46,553 nucleotides of DNA from Thermoflexales bacterium. GTDB taxonomy: Bacteria; Chloroflexota; Anaerolineae; Fen-1058. The notes under the pieces are model-generated. The model was not told the DNA's origin and ran no database searches. It was given only the letters and a program-made list of their open reading frames with translations. This document shows, one piece after another, positions 16,915 to 25,198 of the stretch. Position 1 is the first letter of the stretch, and every line of letters starts with the position of its first letter. Position numbers and translations under genes: made by a program. The stretch lies in NCBI GenBank assembly GCA_030834825.1, contig JAUQXC010000940.1, positions 1 to 46,553 of the forward strand, read 5' to 3'.

Positions 16915-17474
16915 GCTTTCGCCTCGCGAGCTGCGGCGGTTGCAGGTTTCACTACAGGGCGGCCCGCCTGTAACTCCTTCGCAGGCGCGGTCTTCTTCTC
17001 TTCCACCGGAACCTTGGCTTCAGAGAGCAACCCCAGTATGCCGACGACCGCGGCGAACAGTAGGCCGCTTTGCACCAGCATGTCCAGACCGCGCTGTTGC
17101 CAGAGTACTTCGGAGAAAGTCGCTTCAGTTGCCGGCGGAAGCGCAATCAGTGAGGAGATAGTCATGAAGCCGAGTAGGATGATCGAGACAAGGGAAATGA
17201 TCAAGGCGATCGGGCGGGGAATGCTCGATCTGAACTCGGCCGATTCATCGCCGGCAATGCTGATCGCGAACACGAACAGCACCGTCACCAACCCGGCACC
17301 CACACTGAGTTCAATCACAGCGATCCAGTAGGCGCCCAGCAGATACATCAAAATCGAAAGGATCGCGCTGCACCCTGCCAGCCACAACGCCGAAACGATT
17401 AAGTGCCTTGCCCGAAATGCCAGGAAGGCACAGAGCAACATGGCGACGGTCAGGGCCGCAAACAAGAAACTCAT
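16911..17474 (-). CDS. NuoJ-like membrane subunit
   Basis: LGAYWIAVIELSVGAGLVTVLFVFAI parallels NuoJ GA.F.A..EI.VYAGAI.VLF.F. The ATG at 17474 has GGAGGT 7 nt upstream; the track's TTG start at 17489 is that RBS. Confidence 0.75.
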   Translation of the reverse strand: MSFLFAALTVAMLLCAFLAFRARHLIVSALWLAGCSAILSILMYLLGAYWIAVIELSVGAGLVTVLFVFAISIAGDESAEFRSSIPRPIALIISLVSIILLGFMTISSLIALPPATEATFSEVLWQQRGLDMLVQSGLLFAAVVGILGLLSEAKVPVEEKKTAPAKELQAGRPVVKPATAAAREAKA

Positions 17475-17705
17475 ACTTTCTACCTCCAAGTTGTTAACAC
17501 CTCAAACCAAAGAAGATTACCGCTAATTGGGAAAAACCGGTTCTGAAAAATGTCATGCTTTGTCTACGCTATTCAGCACGTTTGTGATTTTCAGCACAAA
17601 AATCCGGCTGTCAGTGGGTAAGCACGAGACCAATAATCTTTAAATCGCTCAGATTCTAAAAAAAGCACCCAAAAGCCCAACTTTCTGCAAACCAAAAATT
17701 ACCTC

Positions 17706-17750
17706 TTGACAAAGTTGCTCATACGCTTATAATATGAACGAACGTTCATA
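17706..17750 (+). promoter_or_regulatory. Near-consensus sigma70 promoter (TTGACA-16-TATAAT) overlapped by palindrome TATGAACGAACGTTCATA (17733-17750)
   Basis: TTGACA at 17706-17711 and TATAAT at 17728-17733. An 8-bp inverted repeat with a 2-nt spacer starts at the last base of the -10, 21 nt before the TetR ATG. Confidence 0.65.
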
Positions 17751-17770
17751 CTTTTTCATGTGGGGTACCC

Positions 17771-18430
17771 ATGCCAGCCAAACGTTCCCTCTCAAAGCAA
17801 AAAACATCCCTGACAATGGCCATAACTCCGCCCGCTGAGCCGACCACCAAGGGCGAGCGCACACGTGCGGTACTGCTCGATGCGGCTAAACGCTTATTTG
17901 TCAGCCAAGGGTTTCATGGCACGTCCATGCGGGCGATTGCGGATGAAGCCGGGCTGGCCTTGGGCGGCATCTACAACCATTTTGGCAGCAAAGAAGACAT
18001 CTTTGTCGCCATCTTGGCGGAACGGCATCCGTTCCTCATTGTGCTGCCCGCCATACAATCTGCGCAGGGCGCCACGGTCGAGGTGTTGGTGCGGGATGCG
18101 GCAGGACGCATGATTGCTGAACTCAGTCAAAATCAGGAGTTCCTGAATTTGCTGCTCATCGAGCTGGTGGAGTTTGAAGCCAAACACATCCCCATGATGT
18201 TCGACACCCTCTTTCCGCCCTTGATGGAGTTTGCCCAACGCTTTCAAGCGGTGCACGGTCCACTGCGCGAGATTCCCCTGCCGATTATTTTGCGCTCCTT
18301 TATCGGCTTGTTCTTTTCCTACTTCATCACCGATCTGCTCATCGGCAACCTGTTGCCGGCAGAAATGAAGAGCGGTGCCTTCGACTATTTCATCGACATC
18401 TACCTGCACGGGATTCTGGCCGGCGAATGA
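17771..18430 (+). CDS. TetR/AcrR family transcriptional regulator
   Basis: HTH region RTRAVLLDAAKRLFVSQGFHGTSMRAIADEAGLALGGIYNHFGSKEDIF. Confidence 0.9.
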   Translation: MPAKRSLSKQKTSLTMAITPPAEPTTKGERTRAVLLDAAKRLFVSQGFHGTSMRAIADEAGLALGGIYNHFGSKEDIFVAILAERHPFLIVLPAIQSAQGATVEVLVRDAAGRMIAELSQNQEFLNLLLIELVEFEAKHIPMMFDTLFPPLMEFAQRFQAVHGPLREIPLPIILRSFIGLFFSYFITDLLIGNLLPAEMKSGAFDYFIDIYLHGILAGE

Positions 18431-19575
18431 AAGTGGTCAGCATGATCAATTCACGCTTGCGTTCCATCATCTACAAAGAGTTCATTCAAATCATCCGCGA
18501 TCCGCGCACCTTGGTGATCATGTTTATCATGCCCATCCTCATGTTGTTCCTGCTGGGGTATGCGGCCACCAACGATGTGCGCAACATCCCGGCGGCGATT
18601 TTTGATCAGGATCGTTCTGTGGCTGCCCGCGAGTTGATCGACGCCTACCGCGCCGCCGATTACTTCCGGTTTGATTTTGACGTGAGCTCACCTGAAGAAC
18701 TGCAGTGGCTCATCGACAGCGGGCAGGCGCGCGCCGGGTTGATCATCCCGCCGGATTACGGGCAACGCCTGGCACGCCACGAACAGGCGCAGGTGGCCTT
18801 TATCCTGGATGGTTCCGATCCCACCATCGCGGCCACGGCACTGTCGGCGGCCACCTTGATCGGGCAGGCCAAGGCCACGGCGGTGCTGCGCGCCACGCTG
18901 GAGACGCGCGGCCAGGGCGGCTCGATCGAAGCGCCGGTCGAAGTCCGCACCCAGGTCTGGTACAACCCCGATCTCGTCAGCGCCTATTTCATGATTCCGG
19001 CGCTCATCGGCACGATTCTGCAGTATATGGCGGTGCTGTTAACTTCCACTTCGATCGTGCGTGAGCGGGAGCGCGGCACGATCGAGCAGCTCATCATCAC
19101 GCCCATTCGTTCCTGGGAACTGGTGGTCGGCAAGCTCACACCTTACACCTTGATCGCGTTCTTCAATTTGCTGGAAGTATTGATCATCGGCACGTTGTGG
19201 TTCAAAGTTCCCATCACGGGCGACCTCGGTTTATTGCTGGTTTTGTCGGCGTTGTTTTTGGTCAGTACGCTGGGTATCGGTTTGCTCATCTCGACGATCG
19301 CGCGGACGCAGTTTGAGGCGATGCTGCTGGCCTTTCTCATTCAATTGCCGGCGATCTTCCTGTCAGGCTTCTTCTTCCCGCTGGCCGCCATGCCGCCCTT
19401 CCTGCAAGCGTTGAGCTATCTGGTGCCGCTGCGCTACTTCTTGATTATTGTGCGTTCGATTGTCATCAAAGGCGTCGGGTTGGCGGCTGTGTTTCCGGAA
19501 GTAATAGCATTGGCGATCTTTGGATTGCTGGTGATGGGCATCGCGGCGCGGCGCTTCCATAAGCGGTTGGATTAA
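18427..19575 (+). CDS. ABC-2 type transporter permease (YbhR/YhhJ-like)
   Basis: IIYKEFIQIIRDPRTLVIMFIMPILMLFLLGYA, a large periplasmic loop, then five C-terminal TM segments. There is an ATGA overlap with the TetR stop. Confidence 0.85.
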   Translation: MKVVSMINSRLRSIIYKEFIQIIRDPRTLVIMFIMPILMLFLLGYAATNDVRNIPAAIFDQDRSVAARELIDAYRAADYFRFDFDVSSPEELQWLIDSGQARAGLIIPPDYGQRLARHEQAQVAFILDGSDPTIAATALSAATLIGQAKATAVLRATLETRGQGGSIEAPVEVRTQVWYNPDLVSAYFMIPALIGTILQYMAVLLTSTSIVRERERGTIEQLIITPIRSWELVVGKLTPYTLIAFFNLLEVLIIGTLWFKVPITGDLGLLLVLSALFLVSTLGIGLLISTIARTQFEAMLLAFLIQLPAIFLSGFFFPLAAMPPFLQALSYLVPLRYFLIIVRSIVIKGVGLAAVFPEVIALAIFGLLVMGIAARRFHKRLD

Positions 19576-19606
19576 TTTACGCGGGCGCGAGTGAGGGCAA
19601 GAGCGT

Positions 19607-20521
19607 ATGACACAAAAGCATTGGGATGTGGTCGTAGTCGGCAATGTGGGCATCGATACGAATGTGTACTTTCAGGCCGACGAGCCTGACTTCAGCCGCG
19701 AGTCGAACTTCACGGAAGACCTGGACTATATCGGGCAGGCGGGCGGGTATGCCAGCCGTGGATACGCGCAGCTGGGTTGGCGCACGGCCTTCATCGGCTA
19801 CGTGGGCGATGACTTCAGCGGGCGCTTCATTCGCGAGGAGTTCACGCGAGACGGCATCGATTTAGCGGCAATGTTCGTCGATCCGGCGGGGACGAGCCGC
19901 AGCGTCAACTTCATGTATCGCGACGGGCGGCGCAAGAATTTCTACGACGGCAAGAGCCACATGCAGCTGCAACCCGATCGGGCCGTGTGCCGATCGGTGT
20001 TGGCCGCAAGCCGCCTGGCGCATTTCAACATCCCCAACTGGGCGCGCATGCTGCTCCCGATCGCGAAAGAGCAGGGCGTCACCCTCGCGTGCGATCTGCA
20101 AGATGTGCTGCAGCTGCGCGATGGTTATCGTGATGACTTCATCGCAGCGGCCGACATCGTTTTTTTCTCAGCCGTCAATCAGGCAGACCCGGCGCCATTG
20201 ATTGATGAGTTGCTGAAGTGGAAGCCGGAGTTAATCGTCGTGTCAGGGATGGGGGCGCGGGGCTGTGCGTTGGGCACGCGTGCGGGCATTTGCTATTTCG
20301 ATCCGATCCACATGGACCAGCCCGTGATCGACACCAACGGCGCGGGCGACGGGCTGGCCGTAGGCTTCTTGAGCAGCTACGTGCTGGACGGCTATTCCTT
20401 GGAAGATTCGATCCGGCGCGGGCAAATCGCCGCACGCTATACGTGCACCCAGAAAGCCAGCTCAGCGCACTTGATTACGCCGGAGGTATTGGCGCTCCAT
20501 GATCAGCAGCGATCGTTCTAA
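19607..20521 (+). CDS. PfkB family carbohydrate/nucleoside kinase (ribokinase-like)
   Basis: N-terminal VVVVGNVGIDTNV and C-terminal DTNGAGDGLAVGF signature. Confidence 0.8.
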   Translation: MTQKHWDVVVVGNVGIDTNVYFQADEPDFSRESNFTEDLDYIGQAGGYASRGYAQLGWRTAFIGYVGDDFSGRFIREEFTRDGIDLAAMFVDPAGTSRSVNFMYRDGRRKNFYDGKSHMQLQPDRAVCRSVLAASRLAHFNIPNWARMLLPIAKEQGVTLACDLQDVLQLRDGYRDDFIAAADIVFFSAVNQADPAPLIDELLKWKPELIVVSGMGARGCALGTRAGICYFDPIHMDQPVIDTNGAGDGLAVGFLSSYVLDGYSLEDSIRRGQIAARYTCTQKASSAHLITPEVLALHDQQRSF

Positions 20522-20529
20522 GGAAGTCC

Positions 20530-20640
20530 GGCTCTTCCGGGTTGAACGGGATCTTCCGGCATGGGGCTGCCGGAACCACGGGTTGTAGTGCCGCAGCGCT
20601 AGCAGCCTTATGCCATCGCCCTGTCGAAGCCGGAAGAGCC
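20530..20640. mobile_element. MITE copy B (111 bp), with perfect 11-bp TIRs GGCTCTTCCGG / CCGGAAGAGCC and 8-bp direct repeat GGAAGTCC on both flanks
   Basis: GGAAGTCC at 20522-20529 and again at 20641-20648. The first ~25 nt (GGCTCTTCCGGGTTgAACGGGA) match copy A (GGCTCTTCCGGGTTtAACGGGA). It is inserted directly after the pfkB-like stop codon. Confidence 0.75.
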
Positions 20641-20660
20641 GGAAGTCCAAAAGGAGTCCC

Positions 20661-21107
20661 ATGAAACGCAAACAACTTCGTCCGCCGGATGTTCGTTTGA
20701 TAAAGACGTTTTACGCCCTTGGCTTAGGCCCGTTGATTGGCCGGTTGATTCTGCTGCTCACCACCACCGGCCGCAAATCGGGCTTGCCCAGAGTGACGGC
20801 GCTTCAATACGAAGAGGTGGATGGGGCGATCTATGTCGGCTCTTCCAAAGGCACGCGCGCCGATTGGTTTCAGAACCTTTTAGCAAGCCCGCGCGTTACC
20901 GTCCGCGTGAAGTCCCGCCAATTTTCTGGAATGGCTCAACCCGTGACCGATCCCGTGCTCATCGCCGACTTTCTCGAACTGCGACTCCAGCGCCATCCGC
21001 GGATGATTGGCATGATGCTGAAGTCCGAAGGGCTACCGGCAGCACCCAGTCGGGCCGAACTGGAAACCTATGCAGGCAGATTGGCACTGGCTATTATCCG
21101 ACCGTGA
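20661..21107 (+). CDS. Deazaflavin (F420)-dependent nitroreductase/quinone reductase family protein (Ddn-like)
   Basis: GRLILLLTTTGRKSGLPRVTALQYEEVDGAIYVGSSKGTRADWFQNLLASPRVTV is typical of the PF04075-type family. The ATG at 20661 is preceded by AAGGAG. Confidence 0.7.
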   Translation: MKRKQLRPPDVRLIKTFYALGLGPLIGRLILLLTTTGRKSGLPRVTALQYEEVDGAIYVGSSKGTRADWFQNLLASPRVTVRVKSRQFSGMAQPVTDPVLIADFLELRLQRHPRMIGMMLKSEGLPAAPSRAELETYAGRLALAIIRP

Positions 21108-21132
21108 TAGGCCAGTGCTTCAGGAGGTTCAC

Positions 21133-22419
21133 ATGAAGACTCGTTTACGCTTTATCCCCATCATCTTGATTGTCGTGGTAGCGGTGTTGGGCGTGTACTG
21201 GTTCACCCAGCGCGCTGCCGCACAGGAGCTGGGCCTGAAGGCCTCCGGCACGATCGAGGTCACGGACGTCGTCGTTGCGCCGGAAATCGGTGGCCGGGTG
21301 GTTGAGGTACTGGCGGCCGAGGGTGAGCTGGTGCAACAAGATCAACCCCTGGTGCAGCTGGATGACACTTTGTTGCAAGCGCAGCTGAGACAATCTCAGG
21401 CTAACATTCAGGCGGCACAAGCACAACAGCGCGTCATTCAAGCGCAGCGGCAGGCGGCGCAGGCGAACTATGATTTGCTAAAGTCCGGGCCGCTGGAAGA
21501 ACAGATTGCAGCGTCAGAGCAAGTGGTAAGAACAGCCGAGGCCAACGTCGCCGCGGCGCAGGCCCAGCTGGCTCAATTGAAAGCGGGTGCACGCGGTGGT
21601 GATATTGCGACCGTGGAAGCGGCTGTCGCACAAGCCGCTGCGCAGCTTAAGGTGGCGACCGATCTGCATGACAAGACCATGCAATGCGTTACGGTGCCCG
21701 GCCGCGGCGAAGTATGTCCCGCTTTGGGCGAGCGCGAAGAACAGGCTCGTGCGGCGCAGCTGGCGGCGCAAGGAGCCTATGATGCGGCGGTGGCGCGCTT
21801 GAATCAAATCAAGTCCGGCGCCACGAAGAACGAAGTCAGCGCCGCGCAGGCGCGTATTGAAGCCGCTCGAGCGCAGCAGGATATGTCGCAGGCGCAGCTG
21901 GATCTGCTCAAAAGTGGCACGCGCACCGAGCAGCTGGCCGCGGCGCAGGCGCAAATCGATGCGGCTGCCGCGCAGTTCGACGGAGCAGGAGCGCAGATTG
22001 AGGCCGCTCAGGCCCAGGCCGCTGCGTTACAAGCCCAGATCGATAAGCTGACGTTGCGCGCACCTCGGGCTGGCGTGGTGCTGCGTCGCGCGATCGAGCC
22101 GGGTGAGATGGCGTTGCCCAGTGCGGCGCTCTTGACTATCGGAGAGACCAGTCAGCTCTATATGACGGTCTACATCCCGGAAAATCGCTATGGCGAAATC
22201 ACTCTGGGGCAGGCGGTCCGCGTGAGGGTCGATTCATTTCCCGATCAGGCCTTTACGGCTAAAGTAACGCGCATTGCCGATCGAGCGGAGTTCACCCCGC
22301 GCAACGTACAAACCGCTGAAAGCCGCGCGACGACGGTGTTCGCGGTGAAATTAGCGGTGGATAATGCGGGCGGCAAGTTGAAACCGGGCATGCCGGCGGA
22401 TGTGTTCTTCAGTGAGTAA
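21133..22419 (+). CDS. HlyD/YbhG-family membrane fusion (periplasmic adaptor) protein
   Basis: N-terminal TM segment, a long Ala/Gln coiled coil, and a C-terminal beta-barrel segment ending KLKPGMPADVFF. The ATG at 21133 follows AGGAGG. Confidence 0.85.
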   Translation: MKTRLRFIPIILIVVVAVLGVYWFTQRAAAQELGLKASGTIEVTDVVVAPEIGGRVVEVLAAEGELVQQDQPLVQLDDTLLQAQLRQSQANIQAAQAQQRVIQAQRQAAQANYDLLKSGPLEEQIAASEQVVRTAEANVAAAQAQLAQLKAGARGGDIATVEAAVAQAAAQLKVATDLHDKTMQCVTVPGRGEVCPALGEREEQARAAQLAAQGAYDAAVARLNQIKSGATKNEVSAAQARIEAARAQQDMSQAQLDLLKSGTRTEQLAAAQAQIDAAAAQFDGAGAQIEAAQAQAAALQAQIDKLTLRAPRAGVVLRRAIEPGEMALPSAALLTIGETSQLYMTVYIPENRYGEITLGQAVRVRVDSFPDQAFTAKVTRIADRAEFTPRNVQTAESRATTVFAVKLAVDNAGGKLKPGMPADVFFSE

Positions 22420-22494
22420 CGAGCAGTGCGTAAGCGAGGAACGAACGGTGTTGATTTGCACATCGCTCGTTGGCTTCCACTGGATCAGGTGGCT

Positions 22495-23421
22495 ATGATG
22501 ACTGCCATCACGGTTGAGAACTTACACAAATCTTTCGGGAGCAGCCAGGCCGTCGCTGGGTTGAATCTGACCGTGCAGGAAGGTGAGATCTACGGGTTGG
22601 TGGGGCCGGATGGCGCCGGTAAGACGACGACGATGCGCCTGATCTGCGGCGGATTTCAAGCCGATCAGGGCAGCGTGTCAATCCGAGGTTGTGATGTGGC
22701 CAAGTATCCCGAAGAGGCCCGCGCGCAGATCGGTTATCTGGCGCAGCGCTTCAGCCTGTACGGCGATCTGACGGTGATGGAAAATCTGCGCTTCTTCGCC
22801 GAGATGCACGACAGGCAGACGACTGCGTGGAAATCCCGCACGCAAGAGGTGCTGGCATTTGTGGGGCTGGCCGAGTTTGCCGATCGGCTGGCCGACCACC
22901 TCTCGGGCGGCATGAAGCAGAAACTGGGCCTGGCGACGGCGTTGGTGCATCGACCGCGGGTGCTGCTGTTGGATGAACCCACGGGCGGCGTCGATCCGGT
23001 GACACGGCAGGATTTCTGGCAATTGATCATCCGCATCGTCAGTCAGGAAGGCGTGGCGGTATTGATCAGTACGCCGTATATGGACGAAGCAGCACGCTGC
23101 ACGCGCGTGGGCTTCATCCATCGCGGCCGGATGATCGTCGAAGATACACCAGGGCAAGTGGCCGCCCGCTTGAATGGGCGCATCCTGGAGTTGGCGGGTG
23201 AGCCGCGCGAGGCGTTACGGCGTGTGGCCACCTCAGCCACCGACGTGGAAGATGTGCAGGTGTTTGGCGATCGGCTGCATTTGCGTGTGAAGGTCGGTAA
23301 AGCCGATCGGGTGCTGGCGCAGCTGCCACAGACTTTGCAGACACAAGGCGTTACGGTGCAGCGCATCCGATCGATCCCGGCGACTCTTGAAGATGTGTTC
23401 ATCGAATTGTTGGAATCGTAG
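22495..23421 (+). CDS. ABC transporter ATP-binding protein
   Basis: Walker A GPDGAGKTT, signature LSGGMKQKL and Walker B LLLLDEPTGGVD. Confidence 0.9.
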   Translation: MMTAITVENLHKSFGSSQAVAGLNLTVQEGEIYGLVGPDGAGKTTTMRLICGGFQADQGSVSIRGCDVAKYPEEARAQIGYLAQRFSLYGDLTVMENLRFFAEMHDRQTTAWKSRTQEVLAFVGLAEFADRLADHLSGGMKQKLGLATALVHRPRVLLLDEPTGGVDPVTRQDFWQLIIRIVSQEGVAVLISTPYMDEAARCTRVGFIHRGRMIVEDTPGQVAARLNGRILELAGEPREALRRVATSATDVEDVQVFGDRLHLRVKVGKADRVLAQLPQTLQTQGVTVQRIRSIPATLEDVFIELLES

Positions 23422-23462
23422 CCTGCGCAGCCCCATACCGGGTGAGTGACGAGTGACGAGCG

Positions 23463-24443
23463 ATGAGTGACAAGGTCATTGAGGTTTTGAATCTAACTAA
23501 GAAGTTCGGTGAGTTCACCGCGGTCAATCACGTCTCGTTTGACGTGCAGGCGGGTGAGGTGCTGGGCTATCTCGGCCCGAACGGTTCCGGCAAGACGACG
23601 ACGATCCGCATGCTGCTGGGCTTGTTGCAGCCGAGCGCTGGCAGCGCGCGTGTGCTGGGCTTCGACATTCGTACGCAGGCCGAAGCGATCCGTCCGTTGG
23701 TCGGTTACATGTCGCAGAAATTCGCCCTGTATGATGAACTGACGATGCGTGAGAATCTGGATTTTTACGCAGGCATCTATGGCGTGCCGCGCCGCGCGCG
23801 GGCCGATCGGGTGCGCGAGGTGATCGAGTTGCTGCATTTGCAGGAACGCGAGAGAGAATTGGCCGGCGATTTATCCGGCGGTTGGCGGCAGCGGCTGGCG
23901 CTGGGTACGGCACTGGTGCATCAACCGCAGCTGCTGTTCCTGGATGAACCGACGAGCGGCGTCGATCCATCGGCACGGCGCGCCTTCTGGGATTTAATTT
24001 ACGATCTGGCACAGCGCGGCGTGACGATCTTCGTGACGACGCATTACATGGATGAAGCCGAACACTGCCATCGGGTGGGCATCATGTTTCGCGGCCAGCT
24101 GCTGGCGTTGGATACACCGAGCGGGTTGAAGGCCAGCGCGCTACCGGGCGCGGCCTGGGATGTGACACCCGATCACGGCGCAGCGTCACTGGTGGCGGCT
24201 TTGTCGGCGCTGCACCAGGTGCCGGGCGTGGTGCGCGCGGGACTGGCCAGCGATCGACTGCGGGCGATCACCGCGCCGGACGCGCACACGGCAGAAGCGC
24301 TGCGTACGGCAATGGTGAGCGGGGGATTTGCGAATGCACAGGTGGAGCAGGTGGAGCCGACGCTGGAGGATGTGTTCATCGCGCTGGCGGGACATGGGGC
24401 GGAGGAGCGGTCTTCAACGGATAAACAACCGATGAGTGAATAA
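23463..24443 (+). CDS. ABC transporter ATP-binding protein (second ATPase)
   Basis: Walker A GPNGSGKTT, signature LSGGWRQRL and Walker B LLFLDEPTSGVD. Confidence 0.9.
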   Translation: MSDKVIEVLNLTKKFGEFTAVNHVSFDVQAGEVLGYLGPNGSGKTTTIRMLLGLLQPSAGSARVLGFDIRTQAEAIRPLVGYMSQKFALYDELTMRENLDFYAGIYGVPRRARADRVREVIELLHLQERERELAGDLSGGWRQRLALGTALVHQPQLLFLDEPTSGVDPSARRAFWDLIYDLAQRGVTIFVTTHYMDEAEHCHRVGIMFRGQLLALDTPSGLKASALPGAAWDVTPDHGAASLVAALSALHQVPGVVRAGLASDRLRAITAPDAHTAEALRTAMVSGGFANAQVEQVEPTLEDVFIALAGHGAEERSSTDKQPMSE

Positions 24444-24470
24444 GTACGAATTACGACTAGTGTGCTGACG

Positions 24471-24535
24471 AACCACGGAGTCACCGGGACACGGAGAAAT
24501 AAAAATCTCTGCGCCTCGGTGTCTCCGTGGTTTTT
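24471..24535 (+). terminator. Long hairpin followed by a T-run after the ABC operon (also a repeat-like element)
   Basis: AACCACGGAGTCACCG ... CGGTGTCTCCGTGGTT forms a 16-bp stem with one mismatch, followed by TTTTT. Confidence 0.65.
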
Positions 24536-24600
24536 CTTGCCATTTCACAAAATCGACGCTACGGGGTTATATTTGATAGAGACGCACAACAGGCGGGGTC

Positions 24601-25101
24601 ATGGTGAAACCAGATTTCGAAAACTTGGTAGAACGACACAGCGCGGAGATTTTCGCGTACGTGTGGCGCATGCTGCGGGATGCAGTCGATGCCGAGGATT
24701 GTCTGCAGGAGACGTTCCTGCGCGCGTTCCGCTCGTATGGGCGCGTGCGGGCCGGGACGAATTATCGGGCGTGGTTGTACAAGATCGCGACGAATGCCGC
24801 GCGTAGCCAATGGAAGCGCAGAACGCGCCGTGAAGCCCACACGACTGAGCTCGATCCCGATCGGCAGGCCAACGAGGTGTCGACAGCCGATCGGGTTGAG
24901 CAGCAGGTGCTGCTGGCGGCTGTGGCGCGTGCGGTGGAGGAGCTGCCTGCACAACAACGAGCGGCGTTGATCATGCGAAAGTATCAGGAACTGAGCTACG
25001 CCGACATCGCCACAGCACTGGACTGTACGGAGGCCGCTGCGCGGGCGAACGTCTATCAGGCGGTGAAAAAATTGCAGGCGCGGTTGGGTGTCAACGAATG
25101 A
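24601..25101 (+). CDS. ECF-type RNA polymerase sigma-70 family factor
   Basis: Region 2 AEDCLQETFLRAFRSY...YRAWLYKIATNAA and region 4 RAALIMRKYQELSYADIATALDCTEAAARANVYQAVKKL. Confidence 0.9.
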   Translation: MVKPDFENLVERHSAEIFAYVWRMLRDAVDAEDCLQETFLRAFRSYGRVRAGTNYRAWLYKIATNAARSQWKRRTRREAHTTELDPDRQANEVSTADRVEQQVLLAAVARAVEELPAQQRAALIMRKYQELSYADIATALDCTEAAARANVYQAVKKLQARLGVNE

Positions 25102-25198
25102 GAGCGAGTCTACGAATCAACGGATGCCTGCGGCGAAGCGGATAAACGGATAACACTGGGTTCAAAACGGATTCAAACGGATGAAGGAGGCGAGCGAG

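Noticed and set aside
21400-22050. Repetitive GCGCAGGC/CAGGCG-rich stretch that looked like a tandem repeat
   Set aside because: It lies in frame within the HlyD-family gene and encodes the Ala/Gln-rich coiled-coil hairpin typical of membrane fusion proteins. There is no regular repeat-spacer periodicity.
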